Assembly (NCBI GenBank): GCA_964551115.1
Contig: CAZKBE010000003.1
Span: 1 to 37,136, forward strand
Length of the DNA: 37,136 nt
DNA from: Candidatus Woesearchaeota archaeon
Lineage (GTDB): Archaea; Nanobdellota; Nanobdellia; Pacearchaeales; GW2011-AR1
Reading direction: 5' to 3'
Positions 7,638 to 15,611 of the stretch are shown here, piece by piece (within the stretch, counting starts at the first letter, position 1; each line of letters begins with the position of its first letter). The position numbers were made by a program, and so were the translations under genes. The notes under the pieces were generated by a model, which was not told the DNA's origin, made no database searches, and was given only the letters and a program-made list of their open reading frames with translations.

Positions 7638-8177
7638 TTATTCTTCGCCAACCTTTTTCATTAGAATAGAAAGAGTAGCAAGCTCACAAGATTCAAACAC
7701 AACCGAATCTTTTTTTACCTTTTTACATAATGAAACATAACTTGCAATAGTTTCACCATCCACCTGGCTAGAACTATAAATATTATAATAGTTACAATTT
7801 AAACCAGGACAAGTAATTTCCCCTGCGGAAAAGTTAGAATTAATTTTATAAACTTTTATAGATGCAACTGGCCAAAAAGAACCATAGAGCCTATTAAAAT
7901 CCTCTGAAGAAAGAACATAAAGCTTATCCTCATCGATACAACCACTGCTACTATCAGAACAGCTTAATTCAGGAAGTTCAGACCAAGAAAGTAAAGCACT
8001 AATAACTTGTTTTCGTTCTAATTCCTGGGCTGAATATCTCATATCACCCAAGCTTAATTGAAGAAAAAATAAACCAACTAATGTAAAAAAAACAAAGACA
8101 GCAACAAGCATAAAGGCCATTTGTTGGATCTCAAACTGTGCCCGTTTATAATTCAAACTATTAAAGATTAGGACCAT
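7638..8177 (-). CDS. pilin-like protein with class III signal peptide (179 aa)
   Basis: The N-terminus NYKRAQFEIQQMAFMLVAVFVFFTLVGLFFL has [KR]-A-Q followed by a hydrophobic helix. Its start overlaps the stop of the upstream gene (8168-8177). Confidence 0.6.
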   Translation of the reverse strand: MVLIFNSLNYKRAQFEIQQMAFMLVAVFVFFTLVGLFFLQLSLGDMRYSAQELERKQVISALLSWSELPELSCSDSSSGCIDEDKLYVLSSEDFNRLYGSFWPVASIKVYKINSNFSAGEITCPGLNCNYYNIYSSSQVDGETIASYVSLCKKVKKDSVVFESCELATLSILMKKVGEE

Positions 8178-9142
8178 AATCTACATGACCCCCTATCTTC
8201 TTTATCTTTTATATCTAATGAACCTTGATACATATCAGCCAAGTCAAATCCAGTGAGATCCAGACTTGCATCAAAACTTTCTCCCTTTAAAGCCTCAAGT
8301 TCTAAACCTAAATCAACATTACAATTTCTAGCACCCATAAAATCAATCTTTTTAGAATACATTTCAGCAAGAATATGTTGTCTGTATAATAACCTCTGAA
8401 CATTACATAAATAAGATTCTTCCTCAGAAAAGATTGCAGGATAAAGAAGGTTTCCAGCATAATCTAACGAATAAGTGTCTTTTTCAACAATGCCAGTTTC
8501 ATACTCACTCTGACAAGAAAAAGAATTACAACTAGGTAAGACATTAATATCACAACCGCTACCTCCTCCGCCAAAACAAACTTTAATAGAATCCTCCGTA
8601 CAATTTAAATCTCCAAATTTAGCTTTCTTACCAAGTACGCCTAACATACTTAAAATATCCGATTCATCATCAAGACCCGTAAAGCAATATTCTTGAGAAT
8701 CAATAATTATGGCATCTGCGATCTTAAAAGCAAAAGAGATAGGCACAGAAAAGATATAAAAGTTTTTAGCGGGCTTATCCGAAATAAAAAGATACTTATT
8801 ATTAACAGAAATAGGATTACCAAAGACTTCAAATTGGTCACTTGACCTTTCCTGAGTCATAGCTGATATTTCGCTATAGCCAAAACTTCCAGTAAAACAT
8901 TCATTAGAAATTAAAGTATCTTTTTTAAAATTCACCGTAGATAGCCTACCGGAGGCAAATCCTGCTTGCATAGAATCGGTTACAACAGCTAATGCCTTGG
9001 CAATTTCAGTGTTTTGTCTAGTAGAAGTACCCATACCATATTTAACTGCGCCAAAAATCGCAAGTAATAAAATTGCAGTCCCTGCAATTATTGCAAAAAG
9101 CCAAACAAAATTAAATTCCCCTTTTTTTTCTTTAAAGACCAT
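8168..9142 (-). CDS. pilin-like secreted protein with class III signal peptide (324 aa), Cys-rich C-terminal half
   Basis: N-terminus MVFKEKKGEFNFVWLFAIIAGTAILLLAIFG. A Cys cluster follows: CTEDSIKVCFGGGGSGCDINVLPSCNSFSC. Confidence 0.6.
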   Translation of the reverse strand: MVFKEKKGEFNFVWLFAIIAGTAILLLAIFGAVKYGMGTSTRQNTEIAKALAVVTDSMQAGFASGRLSTVNFKKDTLISNECFTGSFGYSEISAMTQERSSDQFEVFGNPISVNNKYLFISDKPAKNFYIFSVPISFAFKIADAIIIDSQEYCFTGLDDESDILSMLGVLGKKAKFGDLNCTEDSIKVCFGGGGSGCDINVLPSCNSFSCQSEYETGIVEKDTYSLDYAGNLLYPAIFSEEESYLCNVQRLLYRQHILAEMYSKKIDFMGARNCNVDLGLELEALKGESFDASLDLTGFDLADMYQGSLDIKDKEDRGSCRLWS

Positions 9143-9196
9143 ATAAATTATAAGTTTAAGGTATTTTTAAATGTTGTATTATTTGGAAAAATAAAA

Positions 9197-9697
9197 TTAT
9201 TCTATTAGGACCGAAGCATCATAGATCTTTTTGTTTAAAGTTAATTCCTCTTCTACATATATACAATAAGGATTATGGGTTTTAATAATCTCTGGAAGAT
9301 TAATCCTTTTTATTTGTTTAAAAGGCATGTTACAAGAATTTTCTCCTGGAAGTAAAAAGGTATTTGCCTCTTCATAAGAATAAACGCTTATTAGATCATA
9401 TTCTTGTGCATAACTACCTCTCTGGGCTTGAGAAAGATTCGCAAAACAAATCATTTCAATTGAACCTGGAAGAGATAGTTTTACTTTTTTATTTAAGGTA
9501 GACTGAGATACAAAGGTATTACTAACCTGCTCCTGAAGAGATTCATAAGACTTGCCAATTTGACTACACTCACTGTAATTCAAAAAGAAATTAATAGCGT
9601 AAATTGCGGAGAATATGAAAACAGCTATAAGTATAATTGAAAAAATTACTCCAAAAGACAAATTTATATCTCCTTTTTTATTAGTTAATTTTCTCAT
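9197..9697 (-). CDS. pilin-like protein with class III signal peptide (166 aa)
   Basis: N-terminus MRKLTNKKGDINLSFGVIFSIILIAVFIFSAIYA. AAGGAG (minus strand, 9703-9708) lies 5 nt upstream of the ATG. Confidence 0.6.
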   Translation of the reverse strand: MRKLTNKKGDINLSFGVIFSIILIAVFIFSAIYAINFFLNYSECSQIGKSYESLQEQVSNTFVSQSTLNKKVKLSLPGSIEMICFANLSQAQRGSYAQEYDLISVYSYEEANTFLLPGENSCNMPFKQIKRINLPEIIKTHNPYCIYVEEELTLNKKIYDASVLIE

Positions 9698-9930
9698 CTC
9701 TTCTCCTTAAAGTTTAATAGAATAAGAGTTTAAAAGCGTTTTGTCAATAAAGATTAACCCCTAAGGATTAAAGAAGAACTAAGGGGGTAGAAAAATTAAA
9801 GAATTGAGGCCTAACAAACGTAGAATATACCAATAAAAAATTTCTAAGATATAATTATTAAGAGTTTTCAATTTATAGATAAATTAATCTTAAACTCATA
9901 GATAATAACAAATGGTTTAATAAAAATAAA

Positions 9931-12150
9931 TTAAGGTACAGTGCGGAGAATAAAAGAAATATCTAAAATCGCGAACCGATTAAACAAAGAAACAATTAAC
10001 TGTAAAGTTAACTTCAACCTCCCATCAACATCGGTACTAAATAAATATTTTCCGATACGAACAGACTTTCCTTCTGCTAAGTTTTCGTCTATATAATATG
10101 CAGAACCTTCATCATGTAAAACCTCCTCATCCGCCACATTATATCCCTTTCTATTCAATTCACTCCTCAAGCTTTGTTTATTTAGGTCATCCAGACTATC
10201 CCACCAACTAGCCACAGCTTTTTGATAATCATCTCCCGCAGAATAATAAACTCCATGAACCACTTCATGATTCCATGTATCAACTCCAGTGCCTGCTAAT
10301 GAACCATCCCAAATAATTAACGGAACATTTGAAGCTTGCGGAGTAGTTTGATAATTCGGATGACTTCCAGTAAGATATCCTTGATTAACCAAATCACTTA
10401 CAAACGCCTGTTCATAAGCCGTTAAAGAAGACTTTTTATTTAATGCTGTAACAATACTTTTAGAAGCGAAAGAAGTTCCAGCTATCCTCCCGATAGCATC
10501 ATCCCTAGACTCCTCAGTAAACTCTCCGCTTTCAATTGCAAAATCAACCAACAAATTTTGTATCTCCTCCCCCTTGAAGTCTGAAACAACTATATCTGCA
10601 ATCTTTATCTGGCTATCCCCTTCAGAAAGAGTATTTAAAGACAATGACAAAGGAATAGCAGATCCAACCTCTCCACTGCCAGAAACCTCCGCCAGTCCAG
10701 ATTCTGAAGTCACCACTTCAGGAGTAATAGCGACTGCAACGTCATCATTTACCACCACACTTTGAAAATCTTCCTCAGGCGCAACAAATGTTGTAACAAG
10801 CTCATCAACAAGATAATCCCCCTCTAATTCACTAACCAACTTATCAAAATAATTTTGTTCCCAATCATACGTATCTATAACCTCATTTATTTGGGTATCT
10901 GTTAGGCTAGGATATAACTCCCTAATAAGTTCTGTATTTATTTGAAGAGTTGGACTAGCTTCTGAACGATTATCCAAATCTATAAGTATCTCTTCAAGTT
11001 TTGAAGTTTCCAAGGACAACCTATCGGGACCAACAAAAAGTCCATTTTTATTAGCCATAAATTTCATCTCGTCTGAATCCTGCAAAATCCAACTCAATTC
11101 CCCCTCATCATGAACATCTGCAAAAAAAGAATAAAGAGGGTTAACATCCTCAAAAAATACAGCACCATTTGAAATATCCGCAGCGAACATAGGAATAGAA
11201 CTTCCATCATCTAGACCAAAGAACACTTTTGGAAGGTTTTTATCAGTGGTATATTCATTATACAAGTCAAGCTGATCAAAAAGATCTAACTTCCCAGACA
11301 ATGTAACCACATTTTCAGTTTTATCCGAAACAAGATTATCTTGTAAAACAAAAACAGTGTCATCTGTATCCATACTTCTTCTACCAGTCATCAGAGTATT
11401 TTTAGCCGGATTCATAGTCATCTGCCCAACATTTAAAGTTCCAAATCTTTTCCCAGAGTAATCTATAGATACAGGTGTTGTTGCAGTAATCTTTAAAGCC
11501 CCATCATCTCCAACTCGATCTAATTTAAAATTCGTATCAGTATATGTATTCCCTAAATGATCTTTAACAACAGAATTATCTCCTTTTATCTCAAAATTTT
11601 TCAAAGAAGTGAAATCTGCTGGAGCAACATTACTTAAATCTGCCCTTGCAGGACTCGCATCTTCTCCAGTTAAAACAATCTTTCCTTCACCTGGAAAGGT
11701 TATATCTCCATTGGAATAGATAGCACCATTACTAAATTTCAACCCATCTGTTGTCAAGGTCACATTTATTTTATTCTGCTCACAGTAGTCTTGAACTTTA
11801 GAAGCATTAAACGACAAATCCCCCTTACCCTCTGGAAGTTTAGCAAGAATCAAGTCCCCTGGCAAAACTTCAAGTCCCAATTTAGAGCCAGTCAGCGAAG
11901 AATCCTTAGAATTCTCAAGCATCATTATCCCCTCTTTACTTAGCTCTATCCCAAAAGGCTTAAGACGATCCTCTTGTTTCTTAAAAGTATCTAATAAAGC
12001 AACAGAATCAGCAACCGGAGGATTTGCAACAGTAGCAGAACCATCTACCGCGACCTCAACAACAGGAACATTCGCACCTATTCCAATACCCATTCCGATT
12101 ACAAATAAACCTATTACCAAAAATCCTAAAAACAATCTTTGATTTATCAT
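9931..12150 (-). CDS. large secreted/anchored protein (739 aa) with C-terminal HEXXH motif; giant partner of cassette 3
   Basis: N-terminal hydrophobic signal/anchor MINQRLFLGFLVIGLFVIGMGIGIG. The start forms an ATGA overlap with the upstream adaptor gene. WNHEVVHGVYY lies near the C-terminus. The protein is acidic and poor in Cys, unlike the other giants. Confidence 0.7.
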   Translation of the reverse strand: MINQRLFLGFLVIGLFVIGMGIGIGANVPVVEVAVDGSATVANPPVADSVALLDTFKKQEDRLKPFGIELSKEGIMMLENSKDSSLTGSKLGLEVLPGDLILAKLPEGKGDLSFNASKVQDYCEQNKINVTLTTDGLKFSNGAIYSNGDITFPGEGKIVLTGEDASPARADLSNVAPADFTSLKNFEIKGDNSVVKDHLGNTYTDTNFKLDRVGDDGALKITATTPVSIDYSGKRFGTLNVGQMTMNPAKNTLMTGRRSMDTDDTVFVLQDNLVSDKTENVVTLSGKLDLFDQLDLYNEYTTDKNLPKVFFGLDDGSSIPMFAADISNGAVFFEDVNPLYSFFADVHDEGELSWILQDSDEMKFMANKNGLFVGPDRLSLETSKLEEILIDLDNRSEASPTLQINTELIRELYPSLTDTQINEVIDTYDWEQNYFDKLVSELEGDYLVDELVTTFVAPEEDFQSVVVNDDVAVAITPEVVTSESGLAEVSGSGEVGSAIPLSLSLNTLSEGDSQIKIADIVVSDFKGEEIQNLLVDFAIESGEFTEESRDDAIGRIAGTSFASKSIVTALNKKSSLTAYEQAFVSDLVNQGYLTGSHPNYQTTPQASNVPLIIWDGSLAGTGVDTWNHEVVHGVYYSAGDDYQKAVASWWDSLDDLNKQSLRSELNRKGYNVADEEVLHDEGSAYYIDENLAEGKSVRIGKYLFSTDVDGRLKLTLQLIVSLFNRFAILDISFILRTVP

Positions 12151-12923
12151 ACGTTATACCTCACTCCAAACACAAAGAAATAATCAAGATTTTTATGCTT
12201 TTCGATATTTAAATATTTAAATCTATAAATATAATTAGTTTTATCGCCCTCAGAGCTTAAAGGATTAATTTCAAATGAAAAACCATATTCCTTACCAAGC
12301 TCTTGCGTCTGAGTAAATGGAATCCACAAAGGTTCTTCTGCTTGCACCTCCAAAAAGTCCTTCAAAGCATTATATTTTGAAAGGTAATCAAAATTAACAT
12401 TTTTACTAAACCTCTTAAATTGAATACTTTCATCTTCACGGGAAACAGTTACAATTTGATTAAGCACAATTTCAACTATAGTTCCTTTAATATTCGATTT
12501 AACATCCAAATTATCTCCAAAAGAAAGTTCATAGTCTCTTGCCTCAAGATCATTTAGTAATAAACAAAAATTCAAATTATCTTCAATATATTTATTAAGT
12601 TCATCTTCTAAAACACTCATCTCTGGCAACTTCTTTCCATCATCAAAATAAATAGGCAATTCAAAGAATCCCCGTGTTAAAGTATCCTCACTAGAAACAT
12701 TATAATAACCCCCCTGTAGAGAATTAAAGTAAATTCCATCAAGAGTTACCTCTTCCAAACATTCTTCAACTAAAGAATTAACCTCTGGAAATTTCTTAGC
12801 TGCACTAGAAGAAGAATCAAAAACACCCGAAGAAATAGCAAAATATACTCCAATAGATCCAACAATAACTATCGCAAGAACTATAAATAAAGTCAACTGC
12901 GCCCTCTTATTATCCCTCTCCAT
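12147..12923 (-). CDS. class III signal peptide adaptor protein, cassette 3 (258 aa)
   Basis: N-terminus MERDNKRAQLTLFIVLAIVIVGSIG. The core ECLEEVTLDGIYFNSLQGGYY is shared with the 35449-37136 product. The ORF-track start at 12938 is TTG. ATG 12923 lies about 25 nt downstream of TTTATAAA (12945-12952). Confidence 0.7.
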   Translation of the reverse strand: MERDNKRAQLTLFIVLAIVIVGSIGVYFAISSGVFDSSSSAAKKFPEVNSLVEECLEEVTLDGIYFNSLQGGYYNVSSEDTLTRGFFELPIYFDDGKKLPEMSVLEDELNKYIEDNLNFCLLLNDLEARDYELSFGDNLDVKSNIKGTIVEIVLNQIVTVSREDESIQFKRFSKNVNFDYLSKYNALKDFLEVQAEEPLWIPFTQTQELGKEYGFSFEINPLSSEGDKTNYIYRFKYLNIEKHKNLDYFFVFGVRYNV

Positions 12924-13035
12924 GTAGTTTTCATGCAAGCAAGCTTTATAAATATTTATCTTCGCAAACCTTCTTATTCAATCTAAAAAAAATACCCAAA
13001 AATAAAAAAGATTCAAAACTAAGATTCTACAAAAA

Positions 13036-15204
13036 CTAATAATTCAAAAAGTTCTCTTTAGGCTGTATAACAACAGAACAATCTATTGGCTCATTTCTAA
13101 ATTCATCCCTACACTTAACATAGAAAATTTTATCATTCTCCCACGCAACAATGTGTGTAGAAGATTTAGCATAGGGCATTAAAATCCCTTCTTCAAATAA
13201 GAAATCACAACTATCTGCAGAGTAAACACAATCAGAATCTCTAACCGTAACAAGTTTTAGATAATCATCTTCATAATAGGCTCGAGTTACAATAGGGGAA
13301 GCAGTATCAATATCTAAAGTAAAGGTAGTGTTACTAATTGCAACATTTCCTCCCGCATCTACACATTTTACAAAATAAGTATGTGTTCCAGCAAATAAAT
13401 CTAATCTTTGTATATGTATTCCTGAAGTCTGATCTGTATCAAAGAAAGCAACATAGCTACTTTCAAGCCCACTAGATGAATAAAAGCAAACAGCCCGATT
13501 ATCATCACAACCAAACAAAGTTTCTGCCCTTAAGTCCACCCTCATTGGGGAAACACCACCATAAATTGTGCCATTTGGTAGAACAGTCTTTAATTTCAGA
13601 GGATTAGAACCCTTTAACCTAAAAACTACTGGCTGCGCCATTGAATTTCGCAGATTTTTAGGTTCATTTTGTCTATCTTCGCATTTTACATAATAATCTG
13701 TTCCTTCTCTTTTAACACCGGTTAACTCGGTATTACATGTATATAACATCATAGAATTCACCTGATAAACTTGTGTAGTACAAGACATATTATATGGAAG
13801 AGAGTCATAAGCTTGATTCTCAAAGCCCCATTTACACTGAGCAGGCTCATCAGTATAGAAACTTACTTGTGTAGAATTTCTATCTGCAGCAACACAACTT
13901 TCTGTTTCTATAGAAGTTGCTTTTATTTGAGGAGCAGTTGCATCCGGAGCCGAATCAACACAAAATCTTACAGCATAAGGTGCTTGATTTAAATTTCCCC
14001 AAGAATCCCTACATCTTAAATAAAGAGTCATTTCATTACCCATTTCAAGATTTATAGAAGAATTTTTTATATCTTTTGCTTTAGGTAAAGTCAAAAATTC
14101 AGAGTGATTATATTTGTAAATATTATCTCCACCCATAAAGGTAGCCATAGAATCAAAACTATCCTTGTATTCTACATCAATCTTGCACTGCGCAGGTTTA
14201 TCTGTAATAACACCAAATTCTATAGGGGTAAAAGCAGGTATACAGCTATCTACACTATCTGTTTTTTTGATTTTAAATCCTGGTCCAGGAGGCGAAAGCT
14301 TTACATCGGTATATGCATAACCGGCAGTTAATTTATCATCCCACGGTTTTATAACGGGAGGATTTACTTCACGAGTACCTTTGTAAACACACATTTCAAA
14401 AGCAGTTCCCTTATTTTCAATCTCGCATCCCTGTCCTAAAGATTTACATCTGTATTCAGAACATGGCACAGGACCTTTGTTACATAAATCACAATCTTCT
14501 CCACCACGAGGTGCCTGCCAAGACATACATTGAAATGAAACAGATTCTAATTTAACTGTTTCTTTTTCATATTGAGAGGTATAAAGATACCAGGCAATTG
14601 CAACACCAACTCCTGTTGCTACACCTTTTGATCCCCACCAGTTTCCAGGAGTTGCCTTACTACCTTTCCAAAACCCTCCGTCAATACCCTGTAATACTCC
14701 ATAAGTTAATTTTCCGGCCAAAATTCCTCCAGCTACTGAAACAGTAGCAGCATTAACATCGATATTATCCTTACCACCAATATTGGCAAGTTGACCAACA
14801 AGAGAAACAAATGCTGCAGCCCCAACTGCCCAAACAAATCCTTCAGCAAGATGCCCTACAAGTGGGCCAACATCTGTTTTAAAGAAAAGAGGATAATTTG
14901 AACTATTGGCAGATGTGCCAGTAGCAGATGTGCCAGTAGCAGATGTGCCAGTAGCAGATGTGCCAGTAGCAAGCGGTACAATATCTAGAACAGTACCAGG
15001 TACTGGCAAGGTTGCTGCAGCGGGACTCGATGGAAGAGGCTCTATAACAACCGCTTGTAATCTTTCAATCGCCTCTTCAGTCAAAGCTAAGCTGACCTCA
15101 TCATCTTGAGCACTACTTCCAATGCCCACCATAAACGCAAAACTAACCATTCCTAAAATCATTAAAAATACTTGCGAAACAGCTAAACCCCTTTTATTAA
15201 TCAT
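13036..15204 (-). CDS. membrane-embedded Cys-rich surface protein (722 aa); C-terminal module of split giant, cassette 2
   Basis: Order of elements: signal peptide, (TGTSA)4 linker, Gly/Ala-rich hydrophobic block (aa ~112-210), the motif FQCMSWQAPRGGEDCDLCNKGPVPCSEYRCKSLGQGC, then four repeats ending Y-x-[KR]-C-x-D. It is collinear with the C-terminal half of the 18427-22817 gene. Confidence 0.8.
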   Translation of the reverse strand: MINKRGLAVSQVFLMILGMVSFAFMVGIGSSAQDDEVSLALTEEAIERLQAVVIEPLPSSPAAATLPVPGTVLDIVPLATGTSATGTSATGTSATGTSANSSNYPLFFKTDVGPLVGHLAEGFVWAVGAAAFVSLVGQLANIGGKDNIDVNAATVSVAGGILAGKLTYGVLQGIDGGFWKGSKATPGNWWGSKGVATGVGVAIAWYLYTSQYEKETVKLESVSFQCMSWQAPRGGEDCDLCNKGPVPCSEYRCKSLGQGCEIENKGTAFEMCVYKGTREVNPPVIKPWDDKLTAGYAYTDVKLSPPGPGFKIKKTDSVDSCIPAFTPIEFGVITDKPAQCKIDVEYKDSFDSMATFMGGDNIYKYNHSEFLTLPKAKDIKNSSINLEMGNEMTLYLRCRDSWGNLNQAPYAVRFCVDSAPDATAPQIKATSIETESCVAADRNSTQVSFYTDEPAQCKWGFENQAYDSLPYNMSCTTQVYQVNSMMLYTCNTELTGVKREGTDYYVKCEDRQNEPKNLRNSMAQPVVFRLKGSNPLKLKTVLPNGTIYGGVSPMRVDLRAETLFGCDDNRAVCFYSSSGLESSYVAFFDTDQTSGIHIQRLDLFAGTHTYFVKCVDAGGNVAISNTTFTLDIDTASPIVTRAYYEDDYLKLVTVRDSDCVYSADSCDFLFEEGILMPYAKSSTHIVAWENDKIFYVKCRDEFRNEPIDCSVVIQPKENFLNY
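14909..14970 (-). repeat. 15-bp tandem repeat, about 4.1 copies, encoding (TGTSA)4
   Basis: gcagatgtgccagta is repeated exactly at 14909, 14924, 14939 and 14954. It is in frame within the 722-aa ORF. Confidence 0.9.
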
Positions 15205-15611
15205 TCTCTACTCCAAAATTTTAATTTATCCCAAAAGGATTTTTTACCATCTAATACAGGTTTAGAAATTTCCGCAATAACATTTCCACTAATAGCCACA
15301 CCTACACCACTCTCACCTAAAGATAAACCAAGAGAATTGCTTCCGCTAGAAACAATAGGAGCAGGTAATTCTTCTCCCGCAATCTTGCCCCATAAAACAT
15401 TCATAAGAGATTCAGATCTTTCATAAACAAAATTCTCCTGAATTTTTCCTTGACCCTCAATTTTCTCAATAACTATTTCTCCACCTTCAGAATCAATAAT
15501 AGTATCTCCAATTCTTAAATCAGAAACCCTTCTTAATTGGTATTCCGCAGCAAAAGCAGAAGAAACTAAAAACATACCTAGCAATAAACAAACAAATAAT
15601 TTTAGTTTCAT
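15201..15611 (-). CDS. small secreted protein (136 aa) between the two halves of the split giant
   Basis: Sec-type signal MKLKLFVCLLLGMFLVSSAFAAE. ATGA overlaps at both ends (15608-15611 and 15201-15204). Confidence 0.65.
   Translation of the reverse strand: MKLKLFVCLLLGMFLVSSAFAAEYQLRRVSDLRIGDTIIDSEGGEIVIEKIEGQGKIQENFVYERSESLMNVLWGKIAGEELPAPIVSSGSNSLGLSLGESGVGVAISGNVIAEISKPVLDGKKSFWDKLKFWSRE

Noticed and set aside
14909-14970. Whether short exact repeats indicate a CRISPR array.
   Set aside because: The units are 15 bp, contiguous without spacers, and in frame within a CDS. No other repeat-spacer structure was seen anywhere in the window.
14906-15109. 67-aa plus-strand ORF with (ADVPV)n repeats.
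   Set aside because: It is the antisense reading of the (TGTSA)4 coding repeat inside the 722-aa gene.
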